Source: Anthoceros angustus (lineage: Eukaryota > Plantae > Anthocerotophyta). From it: a stretch of 64,000 nt of DNA. Of the stretch, positions 22,290 through 33,203 are shown in pieces (position 1 is the stretch's first letter; each line of letters begins with the position of its first letter). The notes under the pieces are model-generated. The model had not been told where the DNA came from. It saw only the letters and a program-made list of their open reading frames with translations, and did not search any database. The stretch covers positions 868,001 through 932,000 of the forward strand of contig MU008172.1 in assembly GCA_010909165.1 (NCBI GenBank), given 5' to 3'. The translations under genes and the position numbers were made by a program.

Positions 22290-22871
22290 TGTTTAACAGA
22301 CCTCGGCTCTCGCCTCGACCGCATGCTCGCAGCTGCCCTGCCCCGCCTCCCTTACACTGGGGAACAAGCGGCGTCGGGCGACGGCTAGAACGGTCGAGGC
22401 CTAACGGCCTCGACCGTTCTCTGCCGTGACGCCCCTCCGCGCGTCCGTTCCCTAATACAAGATCGAGCCAGAAGCCAAGAACCTACTCCCTTTCCCGAGC
22501 AAGAGCGGAGGCGAGCTCGACTGGGCTGGGGAATGGAGGAATCCAAAAGAAGAGCCAGCTTCACTTGCCCGTTCTCCTCCTCCTAGAGGGAGGCTTGAAG
22601 CCCACGCAACCTAACCTCGCAGAATGAGGAAAAGCAAAACATGATAGCCCTAGCCTCGGAGGATCAAGATCCCCTAGCCATCCTCAAGGACAACTACATG
22701 GGGAAGGCCTCCAAGATGCGGGAATCCCTGATTAAGAAACGAGAGGCCAGGATGGAGGCAGAGAGGGCCCAAGTGCCTAGAAAGGCTGCCGACACAAAGG
22801 CCTTTATGGCCAACACACCTATGCCCCTAAAAGGGACTGATTGCCCTTTAATGGAGGTGGTGTTTACATGA
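22290..22871 (+). mobile_element. GC-rich TE-like remnant containing a perfect 15-bp hairpin (22387-22420) and a short ORF
   Basis: AGAACGGTCGAGGCC-TAAC-GGCCTCGACCGTTCT; ORF 22641-22871. There is an abrupt GC shift relative to the flanks. Confidence 0.4.
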
Positions 22872-23489
22872 TTTGTCATCAAGTATCATAATGTTGTTAC
22901 CACATTCGCCTAGTGCTGTACGCTCTTTGTTCATTAGCACATCTATCAAGCTTTCGAGAAATTTTGTTCTTTGTTCGATAGTATTTGCTCGCAGACATCG
23001 ACATATATGAATATTTGAGAGACCATTTAGTTTGAAATATAATAAGCGTATGAGAAAGGTCGGAATATGTCAGATTTCGAACAACAGTTTATAACTTGAT
23101 GATGTGTTTGAGAATTTAATCCCAGAACATTCACTACTGTTTTGGGATTTTCTCATTAGCAGCAAAATCATGTTTCGATGAGGCACTGTCAATTCTCATG
23201 GTTGAACAACGCTATGTACATATTGTTCTTATTCCCCATCTGGATCGTTTCCTTTTGTAAATGTGCAAATATATCTTCGGATTGAGAAAGAACACCGGGA
23301 TCGTTTAAGCCTGTTAGAAGGCACTCTCATGTAGATAAACTTCATAACATCAATAGTGTTGAGAACACACAATAGACTGCCATCGTAGGATCATTAGAGG
23401 CTTGTTAAAAGGTACTTTTGTATAGAAAAACTTCATAACATTAATAGTATTGAAAACACACATTGGACTGTCATGGTAGAATCATTCGA

Positions 23490-23930
23490 CAAGACTCACA
23501 AGTACTCTCCTATGCAAGACGGCCATGTTTCAATCGCCCTCGCCCTCGAGACTCATGGGGCTATGGGCAAGGACTTCTCTAGGTTAATTAAGGAGTGTGC
23601 AAAAGCCTATCACAACCATAGGAATTGGAGGGGCCTCCCCCTTTCCTCTGTGGTGGCTTTCTTTCGCCAGCGGGTTTCCATAGCTATGCAGAAAGCGCTA
23701 GCTAACTTTGTTTATAGGATGGCTACGTGTGCAGGACTAGCGGCTTCTTCAGCACCGGTGGTAGGTAGGCCCTTCATCATCCCTGATCACGATATCATTG
23801 GTGCAATAGGTAGTTACGGGAAAGGCATTGGAGGGGACTAGAACTTCTCCTTTTACTATTAGCCCTTTTTGGGTTGTTCCTCCTCGGACTTCAGAGGTAG
23901 ATGGGATTTCCCATCTCGCATATTAATAAC
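23490..23930 (+). mobile_element. 3' fragment of the RLE-type non-LTR retrotransposon family
   Basis: KYSPMQDGHVSIALALETHGAMGKDFSRLIKECAKAYH...FFRQRVSIAMQKALAN; 3' UTR GGTTGTTCC...GGTAGATGGGATTTCCC like the other copies. Confidence 0.8.
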
Positions 23931-24567
23931 GTCTACTGTACTTCTTTTTGAATCATTGGATCACATATCACACATGGTTGTGTGTTGTCGTAAAATAATT
24001 AGTTATAACTTAATTATTCATTAATTATTTAATAAATAAATTAGTAATTAATAATTAGGTATTGTCCCTATTATTTAGAATTTGAAGATAGGTAAATGAA
24101 AGGAACCTAGCCGAGGCAACGGGGGGTGCATGGCCAAGCTGAGAATAGCACAACAAGGCAACGATGTCGTAATGAGGGAGATGAAAAGACCTACATTTGG
24201 ATGGGTCGTGCAAGATGCATCTCTCACTCATGTATGAAAGTAAAAATTAGATGCATTTGCTACAGTAAATGAAAACCCAAAGTCAGGGACTCCGTGTGCT
24301 TTCCCTAAGATATAATGATATTACCTATATTTATAAAAATAGTAGGTAATGAAATACTTTCACATCCTTCTACACAAGAAATTCGCCCACAACACAAGTT
24401 GTCCACGCATCTTCGTTGGCTGGGCAGCTAAAGAAGCTAACTAGATTACCTACGCAGTAGAAGGAGAAGAAGTGTATAATAATTCGTAGCTTCATCAAAT
24501 TGAGCGCGGTGAAGGATCTGTCGATGGCAATGAAACGGACACTGAACCAGTCACACTCTACGGGGCA

Positions 24568-26463
24568 ATGAACTGCCCTGCTATGGCTGCTGCCGTCAGC
24601 CTCAGTGGCTCCTTCTCGCGACCTGGTGGGGGGATTCAACGGTGTGACAGGAAGTGCTGTCCATCTGCTCATCGTGGGCCACTTGTCTATGTCCGCTGCG
24701 AGTCGCTGGGTGGGGCACCCGCACAGTCGCAACCTTGTCCCGCTTCCTTCTCCAAGCAGCATTTTGAAGATTTTCTCTTGACGCTGCAGGAGTCGGTTTG
24801 CGTTGCGGTATGCTGTCTTCGGCTCAAGACTGGTCTGTACGAATTGATGCTTGTGTCTGTGTGCCGGGAGAATCAAGTTTCAAATGCTTGCTATTGCACA
24901 TGCACTCGCATGGCTGTCAACTCCTGAAATGTAGCTACGGAATTAGGCTAGAAATTGGATTCATCAGCGTCACAGTGAGAGTCGTCGACCTCACTGTGGG
25001 TTTTCTCAACCGGCATGTGTGACTTCATCTGCTCGGGCTACATTGCAGGCTGCGGAAGCTGACAGCTGTGGCAAGACTTTTTCCTTCGACAAGTGGCAAA
25101 GAGGAAATGATGCTTCTAGTGGGTAGGACAAGCATGGCCTTTCACTTTCTGTCCTTTTCCCGTTTCATGTGCTGATCTGTTTGTTCCCATGACCTTGTTG
25201 CTCAGTACCTTGGAGACTACGAACACCTTCGAAACTACGAGGCTGCTGTTCCGTGGTCTGACAGGAATGTGCATATGTACAGATATGGCATCACGCGGGT
25301 GATGGAAGGTGGTCATCTGCTGGAAAAGGCAGCTACCAATATTTCAATCATTCAAGGGCAACTTTCAGAGACACGGTCCAAGGCAGGTGTGCTTGTGCTT
25401 CTTACGCGCTTGTCGGTGAGAAGGCACAATTCCCTCTCTTTGAGACTCTCTGGTCACCGACAAGTGCATCGTATTTTCTTTAGCAGGCAATGAGCTCAAG
25501 AGGCCGGTCAGTCCAGGCAGGTGATGGGTATTTTGCTGGTGCAATCTCGCTAGTTTTCCATCCTTGTAATCCCTATGTGCCAACGTTTCGTTCTGACGTG
25601 CGCTACTTTCAGGTATGCCTCCATAAGACAGTATTTTGCATGTTTGCGGCTGAGATGACATGTGTGCAACCTGCTGACACATTTTGACGTTGTGTGTTCT
25701 TCTTAGATAGAAGGAGGGCCTGGTTGGTTTGGAGGCGGTGCAGACTTGACTCCTTGCTGTATGCTCCTTTCACATTCACGGGACTGGTGATTTCCTCCTT
25801 GTTGAAGTTTTTATTTGATTAGGGCATCGTTTGATGCATGTTTTGTCACTGCATATTTACAGATCTTATAGAGGAAGATGCCAGAAGTTTCCATTCTTTT
25901 TACAAGCAGATCTGTGACAAGTACCACCAGGATCTATATCAGCACTGTAAAACTGCATGTGACTCCTACTTCTTTCTTCCCGCAAGGAAAGAACACAGAG
26001 GGATAGGAGGCATCTTTTTTGACGACCTTGACAGAGTGGACGGGGAAACTGAGAAAATGGAATCATTGGAGCAGGTGTACTCATTTGTTAGAGAAGTTGC
26101 AAGCGGGTTCATGCCCAGCTTTTTGCCGATTGCAGAGAAGAGGAACAAAACTCAGTTTGGGGAGAGAGAAAGGCAATGGCAGCTACTTCGTCGAGGACGA
26201 TACCTGGAGTTCAATCTTCTCTATGACCGGGGGGTGAGGTTTGGACTTGATGGCGGTCGAATTGAGTCCATCATGGTTTCTGGTGTGCATCTTTCTTAAC
26301 TTGCTCCTTTTACGTCTAGTCAGCTGAGGATCCCATTTCTAACAATTGCCTGCACTGTACAGCACCTCCGCTGGCAGCCTGGAAGTACAACATTGTACCG
26401 GAATCTGCATCTGAAGAAGCTAGGTTGCTAGACGTGTTGAGATCCCCACGCACCTGGGCATAG
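24568..26463 (+). CDS. CPX: Oxygen-dependent coproporphyrinogen III oxidase (HemF/CPX family) with transit peptide, multi-exon
   Basis: Exons encode FEDFLLTLQESVC, GITRVMEGGHLLEKAATNISII, YFAGAISLVFHPCNPYVPTFRSDVRYFQ, WFGGGADLTP, YFFLPARKEHRGIGGIFFDDL, RRGRYLEFNLLYDRGVRFGLDGGRIESIMVS, APPLAAWKY. TAG 26461-26463. Confidence 0.95.
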
Positions 26464-26769
26464 AGAGGAGTATGGCAAAGTTAAAGACGACTAGGAGAAA
26501 AATTTCCAATCGTCAGTGAACCTACTTTCACGTGTAATCACTGTTTAGTTTCAAAGCAACAAGAGGGTCGTTGTGTGACTCCTGGTTCATTCTTAGGCAG
26601 CATTCCGCGAGAAAGGCACACGGGAGGAACCTCACCTTTACGGTGAATTGTGGAAAGCGGTGCAGTGAACAAACAAAAAGCTGGTTGGCAAATGGCCATA
26701 CCACATGTTTGCATCCGACAAACTCAATATTCAATGTGCCCTTGTCGCCCTCAAATCGGCTAGAATCAC

Positions 26770-29010
26770 TTAGACCTGTACAGTATAAACATCACCACTC
26801 CTCTCATCTCTCAAAGCCTCAAGTTCTTGTAAACGGGAGGAAGCAACACGAAGGTTCTCAAGACCACGGCCTAGGCGAGAGAGTTTTGCAGCAGAAGGAA
26901 GGTCAGCGATTACTCTCTCGATACCATCTCCGCAGAACCAAACACTTGAACCTGCCACAACACTGCCCGCAAAAATCAACCAGGGTCTTGCTCCAGCGCT
27001 TTTGCCTTGTCTGTTCCTCATGACACTATAAAACCCCGTCCGTATAGCAGAGAGAGATGCCCTTTCAGCAGCTGCTACTACAGATCTGGCTGCTGCTTTG
27101 GTTTTCTCAGCGCTGGCAAATGTCTTCCATGCGCTAGATATCTTTGCTGACGTCCCCATCTTCGTGGCAGGAGCAAAAAGTGCCTTGCTAGGAGCTACAA
27201 CTGCCTTAAAAGAAGGTACCACGGCCTTTGCAGCTGGAGCTGCCACATTTGTCAGCGTGGCTGCAGCACTTCGTTTTGCAGAAAGCAAACCTAACTTCAC
27301 AAAAGTCGGGACCTTGAAGGTTAGGATCTTAACTACTGTGGAAACTGGGGCCCAATGAGAGATCGAGGCCAGACCAACAGCAGCTGCTGCTCCAGCACCA
27401 ACAACAACAACAGCTGTAGTCTCTTGCTTATCCAGAAGTTTGATGTCATGCGGACCCTCATTTGTGTGTGTCTCCAAGGGAATGAAGAAGCTGTCGACTG
27501 CAGCAGCAAACTCTGAAGGAACAGGAGTACTCCAGTGTTTCCGTATTTGAGCAACACAGCCAGCATCCATGATGGCCACAACTGACCCAAATTGCCGAGC
27601 TTGTTGTTGTAGCGCTTGGGCCAACAGCACATTGCATTGTTCCAAATAAGGGAGTTCCATAAAGTCCAATCCATTGGGACCTGATTCTGATTTTGGCTGA
27701 AGTTTCGGTGGGGCTCTTGCATCCCTGTTTCGTGCCAGTCGGATTGCTTCGACAGCAACACGAAAAGAACGGGCCTCAGCAAGATCACCTGGACTCACGT
27801 CTTGGCCACTCTCGATAGCTGTCAACATCTTTCGGGTGACCACCAGAGCCTGCCGCATGCCAGGAAGCCCTTTGTACAGCTCATGTAGACCAGTAAGCCA
27901 AGGATCTAAAGGAAGAGCAAAGGCTGGACAGACATAAGCAGCAGTTTCAACATTTTCCACAGCGGGTTCACTGTCCACCAGCATAGACTCAAACTTCACG
28001 TGAGCGATGGAAGGAGATAAGCTGGGAGACACAGCCTTGAAGTCAGCCAGTGTTGACCCTGATAATACCCGCCTAGGGTTACCAACACAAGCTCTTGAAG
28101 ACGTGCCTAATGATACTGAAGTCAAAGAGTTTTGGACGCTTCCTTGCAAACGGTCATCTAGTTCCTGTCTCCTGCGTGCCCGAGGAAGGTCTTCTGCACT
28201 ATGCGACCCTGAGCTAGAAGACGATCCCGTACCATGTGCTGATCCTGGGGCTCCATTGAGAGATTTACTGCTTGTCTCCGATGACAAAGAACAAGTACCC
28301 TGAGAAGTGACAGGTGTCTGCACGATAGTTGACGCAGCGTGGGCTGCACTTTCATGTCCTTGACAGGATGCATCTCCTTTCGAGGAGACCTGGTTTCCCG
28401 CCTGAATGCCATTTTCAATTGATCCACCTGAATCTGGTGAACCTGCAGTTTCAGAAGAAGAGGATGTCTCATCCTCAGCAGAGTCAGAAGCGGCCTGCTC
28501 CCTGAAGGGATCTTCCAAATACAAGAATGTTGACTTGGCCAGCGCCGCAGCATGCTTGGCAGCAATAACATGACCGAAAAAGCCTGTGCCAAAAATTGCT
28601 CTCACTACACAAGTGCCAGCTGCATCCTCAAACCTGGCCTCATCCAGAAAGCGTGCCTTAATGACGTCGGAAATTGACAAGGGATAGGACACCTGTTCAT
28701 AATCGGCTTGCTCTTGCAGCAGATCTAACAAGGAATTGGCTTCTATCTGTGCAACCACAAGCTTAGGGTGCACCGCTGCAATAAGCTTCTCGGCGTCCGA
28801 AGCAGACCTCTCAGATAGCTGCTGCGCGACTAACACATAGACCACAGAGCCAGGCGATTGCGGCACTTGCAAAGCTAAAACGAAGGAAGAAGTGTGAGAA
28901 GGCAGATCCAGATTTTGCACTAGCCTGTCGGAAACCGAGAGATCATCACTAGAACGACGATACCTGCTCCACAGCCTTGTCGCCAGGCCCCAAAGATCCA
29001 AAGACGCCAT
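26770..29010 (-). CDS. Conserved-looking plant protein, 746 aa, single exon; degenerate TraB-like N-terminal segment and hydrophobic C-terminal segments
   Basis: Uninterrupted 2.2-kb ORF. VYVLVAQQLSERSASDAEKLIAAVHPKLVVAQI resembles the TraB N-terminal motif spacing (inference). Confidence 0.8.
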   Translation of the reverse strand: MASLDLWGLATRLWSRYRRSSDDLSVSDRLVQNLDLPSHTSSFVLALQVPQSPGSVVYVLVAQQLSERSASDAEKLIAAVHPKLVVAQIEANSLLDLLQEQADYEQVSYPLSISDVIKARFLDEARFEDAAGTCVVRAIFGTGFFGHVIAAKHAAALAKSTFLYLEDPFREQAASDSAEDETSSSSETAGSPDSGGSIENGIQAGNQVSSKGDASCQGHESAAHAASTIVQTPVTSQGTCSLSSETSSKSLNGAPGSAHGTGSSSSSGSHSAEDLPRARRRQELDDRLQGSVQNSLTSVSLGTSSRACVGNPRRVLSGSTLADFKAVSPSLSPSIAHVKFESMLVDSEPAVENVETAAYVCPAFALPLDPWLTGLHELYKGLPGMRQALVVTRKMLTAIESGQDVSPGDLAEARSFRVAVEAIRLARNRDARAPPKLQPKSESGPNGLDFMELPYLEQCNVLLAQALQQQARQFGSVVAIMDAGCVAQIRKHWSTPVPSEFAAAVDSFFIPLETHTNEGPHDIKLLDKQETTAVVVVGAGAAAAVGLASISHWAPVSTVVKILTFKVPTFVKLGLLSAKRSAAATLTNVAAPAAKAVVPSFKAVVAPSKALFAPATKMGTSAKISSAWKTFASAEKTKAAARSVVAAAERASLSAIRTGFYSVMRNRQGKSAGARPWLIFAGSVVAGSSVWFCGDGIERVIADLPSAAKLSRLGRGLENLRVASSRLQELEALRDERSGDVYTVQV

Positions 29011-30271
29011 TCCCTTCCGGTGACAAATCTAGCCAGCGCGCGCTCATTATAGCGGATGTAGGCCGATTAAAACATTTCGCCTGAGAAGATGGGCAGATGA
29101 CTGCGAGAAACCTGGTGGCCAGTTTATTTGCCAAAGATTGTTGCACACTGTAACCCTACCATGCAACCGGGACCGAGCCGCCAAGCTTCATGAGAAGAGA
29201 TAAACTGACAGCTCAAGCTTGGACAGTCAACAAGCCGCGAAATCATAGCTCCGGTAAGCATGAGCTTCCCTGTCCAGATGATGAAGGCTGAAGAAAGACC
29301 AATCATCCTCGATCACTGGTTGGCTGTTCAAACATGGGCAACGTGCAGGTGCAGCTGGAGAGCCCGGTTTGGAAAGTAGATATACAGGGGTCACACACAT
29401 ATGTGTGGCCAAATGGACACACATTTATAAGAACGCCGTGATTAAGCATACTGAAGCTTAGATCGATACTTAGATGGGGTGCCTAAAGGGAATGGATGCC
29501 CTTGGTGTAGCTTAGGACACCATGGTACAAGTTGTTAAGTACCAAGTCCCATGACGGAAATCCATCCTTAGTGGACTTAAATAAAATTCTTCTTCTTCTT
29601 CTTCACACGAACTTGGGTGCCTGGTTTCATCCGGAGAGACCTCCGAGTTCATCTGCCATAACTTCAAGTCTGGATAAACAGTAGGCACATATGTACCGAT
29701 ACTTATGCGCAATTCTCATACACATGCATATACACAGGTATCAATGGCAACTAATAAAAATTATGCTTTAATATTTTTAATTAATATTAATTTGTTTATT
29801 TTATTAATAATTTTTAATTTGATATATACTATTTTATAATTTATTTTCATTCGCTTCTTATGTACCTTACGAAGAACATGTGAAATTTAATATCTTTCTC
29901 ATCTCTTTTTTAATATTAAGTCCATGTTCATTGAATCAACAACCATATATACAATACATATGGTTGCTAAAGGGAGAATAAACAACTCCATTATTGACAC
30001 ATCTTAGTGCTAGTTCTCTTTACTATGTATTGAATAAGATTTTGTAAATTAGATTATTGATCATGTATTCAATACTGCATCTCATGTGAGCTTCATGATA
30101 CAAAATGGTTGAGAACCAAGACCATTATGAGCTAGGCACCTTGACCGTACCTGTTATCGAACGTAAGGGAGTGCTTGAGCCAAGCCTGGGAGATAAACTT
30201 CATTGTAGGCCAAACGTTGGATAGGCCTATGTAATCTCGGCGCCCATCGACATAGAGGGATAGGAGATTTC

Positions 30272-30518
30272 GCATACGACATAATTAAGACATGCAATAG
30301 TATCTCAATAACAAACTGAGTGGTAAGGAGTCTTGTTTACTTTGCATGCTTGAGGTTTAGCATACAACATAATTAAGACATGCAATAGTATCTCAGTAAC
30401 AAACTAAGTGGTAAGGACTCTTGTTTACTTTGCATGCTTGAGGAATCAGGAGACTCCGCATGCGACATAATGTCAATTACAAACTGAGCAGCAAGGAGTG
30501 TTTACTATGCATGCTTGG
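30272..30518. repeat. About 89-bp tandem repeat, two good copies and one degenerate
   Basis: CATACGACATAATTAAGACATGCAATAGTATCTC...TTTACTTTGCATGCTTGAGG repeated. Confidence 0.85.
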
Positions 30519-30774
30519 TGGACACTCAAAGTAAATATCCATTTTCAAGTTTCGAGGGTTGTTTTGAGGGAAGCTTAAAGTGAAAAAGATGTATACTTTC
30601 GTAACCTAAAAAATTGGGTCTTTCACATAAATAGTGCGTTTTTCTCTATCAAATAAAAATTCGCCTACACGTTCTAGTTTTCACTCGTATGTATTCAATC
30701 TCTAGCTATATGATAATTGTGGTTAGGCAACAAGTTAATCATGATGACCTTAAAGAAAACAAATACGTTTTTTA

Positions 30775-30917
30775 AGCCAAGAGTCCAATGTGTGTTTTGC
30801 AACGTAATTAAGATCAAACTTGAGCCAAGAGTCTAATGTGCATTTTCCTGTAAGTAAAATCGAACTTGAGCCAAGAGTCTATTGTGCATTTCCCAAAGTA
30901 AGTAAAATCAAACTTGT
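30775..30917. repeat. About 47-bp tandem repeat, three copies
   Basis: GAGCCAAGAGTCTAATGTGCATTT...AAAATCAAACTT unit. Confidence 0.85.
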
Positions 30918-31319
30918 AGAGTTTGTTGAAGGGCCCCTTTTCTTCCCTCAAGAGAGTTTGTCATTAAATGTTCTCTTAGGCTAGCTCCTTGTTTGGTTAA
31001 TATCATTAATATATTTTTAATCATTCATCATTAATAATTCCTTGCCCTTTTTTGTTATGTCTAGGATTGTATACTTAATTTTTAGTTACTTGTCATTTAT
31101 AATTTCTTGCCCTTTTTCCTGTTAGGCTTAGTATTAAAGACACAAGATACTTACAACCTTTGGTTTAAGTGAAATGTCTCAATTACTTGTCACGTATTAA
31201 TTTCTCGCTCTTTACTAGTTTTAGTGGGGTTGGTGCACCGATAGACTGGTGAATTAGTTCATGATTCCGTTTGATGGGTTTTTAAACGACGCCAGTTCTT
31301 TCAGTCCTAGAAATGGTCG

Positions 31320-31520
31320 CCCAGCCTGCCAATGCAACCTTGTCCTTACAAGCTCCTTTAGTTTTGGTATTTGTTGGGTTGGAGTTAAAGTCTCAACTAG
31401 TGTTGCGTTAGAACTGTTCTCCCAGCCTGCTAATGCAACCTTGTCCTTACAAGCTCCTTTAGTTTTGGTATTTGTTGGGTTGGAGTTAAGTCTCAACTAG
31501 TGTTGCGTTAGAACTGTTCT
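31320..31520. repeat. About 101-bp near-perfect tandem duplication
   Basis: CAGCCTGCCAATGCAACCTTGTCC...GCGTTAGAACTGTTCTC twice. Confidence 0.92.
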
Positions 31521-31977
31521 CGCGTGAAATGCTTCTCTAGTTTGTTGCCAAAATATTTAATTTTTCTTCTAAATAAGGTATATAGTTCAAGAAAAGGCCT
31601 TTTCATGGCCATTGGATGAGTACTTAAGTAGTACCATTTCTTGAGCGGTTTGTGATTTTTTCTAAAGACTCTTTCGCATTTCGATCAAATATACTGATCA
31701 AAAGCTTTCAATTATTCTTCATAATTTAAGGAAATTATTTTCTCCAATTTTATAGAGCAACCTTAAACGAACTCTGCCATGCCAAAATTGTGCACAAGAA
31801 CATGGGTCAAAAGGGTCAATTTGTGGGTTGGGCACTCGGGGATTAAAATAGTTTTTCAAGCATATTTCGTTATTTGAGTTTACTTAGAAAGAATAGGTCC
31901 AACAACTGTGGAGAGTCCCAGCATCGGGACCCCGAGTCCCATACTCGAGACTGCTGGGACTGCCTGCAGGTCTCACA

Positions 31978-32292
31978 TGGGTGGGCACACCTGGTAATTC
32001 AAGTTGGGTACTGCCCACCACCATCACACATGCCACGATGGCGGGAATGGTTGGGCAGGCCCTCGACAGTTATAGTGGGAACCAGTCACTTCCAGGGCAC
32101 ATGCACGCCTATGCCTCCTAGCGTGTGCGGAGCACTCAGGAGCACCCACGCATTCAGCCCACTAACCGCATGAACGTGCAGGTGAACAATACCATGGTGG
32201 ATAACAAGGATGGCTATGTCACTGTGAATGGTTATGCTCCCAAGTTCGTGCTCTTGGACACGGGGGCATAACCGGTGATAATTGGCCAATGT
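31978..32292 (+). pseudogene. Retroviral-type aspartic protease fragment, inverted relative to its host gag ORF
   Basis: ...MVDNKDGYVTVNGYAPKFVLLDTGA*PVIIGQ (DTGA active-site motif). Confidence 0.75.
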
Positions 32293-32520
32293 TGGGACTC
32301 CTCCGGCAGTCCCGAGTATGGGACTGTGGAGTCTCGGTACTGGGACTCTTCCGGCAGTCCCAGGCATGGGACTGGAAGGGCCTGACACTGGGATTCTCCC
32401 AGCAGTCCCAAGTGTGGGACTGTGGAGGCCCGATGCTGGGACTCCCCCAGCAGTCCCGAGTAAAGGACTGTGGAGTCCCAGTGCTGGAACGCTCCCGGCA
32501 GTCCCAAGTATGGGACAACC
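32293..32520. repeat. 48-bp tandem array (two 24-bp hairpin subunits, GGGACT...AGTCCC), about 4.7 copies; inverted partial copy at 31909-31970
   Basis: Units start at 32293, 32341, 32389, 32437 and 32485. Confidence 0.9.
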
Positions 32521-33203
32521 GTTGAAGCTTCAGCCGTCGCCAAGCCCAGCACCTGCTGCAGTTGAGCACGCCCAACACCCATGTTCTGTAGGGAGATCAA
32601 GGGAGTCTCCAACACCTTGCGCATGAACAGGGCTGGGGTGTAAGCCGGTGGCAAATGTGCACGCACACTAGGTTGAGCCCCATGGTCCGGATGTGGAAGT
32701 GCCCTTGCAGTGCTCCATCCAGCTGGTCCTGTCCGTGGACAAGAATGGCCACTCCTGGTGGCAACGAAGTGAAGGATCTGGGCATGGTGGCCCGTGCCTT
32801 GTGCTGCCGAGAAAGGGGATCAACGTCTTCGGCTGCAGCATCCAAGTGCGCCTTCCTCAGGTCACATCCCACCCATGTGGCGGGCAAGGTTGAATCAGGT
32901 TTAGCGGTCACAAGGCAGTTGACAGTGCAGGCTTCCTGTGGCAAGCTTAGGCCGTAATCCTCCTCTTCTTCCTCATAGCGAGGTGCCAATATGGCTGTCC
33001 CAACAGGCTTAGAGGTAGAGGTGCTACCACTGGCAGCTTGGGCTCCTAGCTGAGCTGTGAGTGCTGCCACTGCTGCCTCCAATGCAGCAATCTTGTCCGC
33101 ATTAGGCGCTCCCTTGGCCTTGGCCTTGGCCCCATTCCGCTGCGATCGACCTTTCGACGCACTCGAACTGCTAGCGGCTGTTGTGGGAGTCCCAGCTGAG
33201 TTT
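32510..33203 (-). mobile_element. Distal part of the LTR-retrotransposon gag/gag-pro linker (host of the DNA transposon)
   Basis: NSAGTPTTAASSSSASKGRSQRNGAKAKAKGAPNADKIAALEAAVAALTAQL... continues in frame from the gag on the far side of the insertion. Confidence 0.75.

Noticed and set aside
22381-22420. Hairpin as a Helitron 3' end
   Set aside because: CTAG overlaps the stem rather than lying about 10-15 nt beyond it, and no RepHel sequence or TC 5' end was found.
29700-30100. AT-rich stretches (also 24000-24060, 49600-49800, 56500-56750) as organellar insertions or origins
   Set aside because: Simple low-complexity intergenic DNA with no organellar gene fragments.
32293-32520. 48-bp periodic array with palindromic units as a CRISPR array
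   Set aside because: There are no unique spacers (both subunits are mutually related), no cas genes, and the context is a eukaryotic retroelement.
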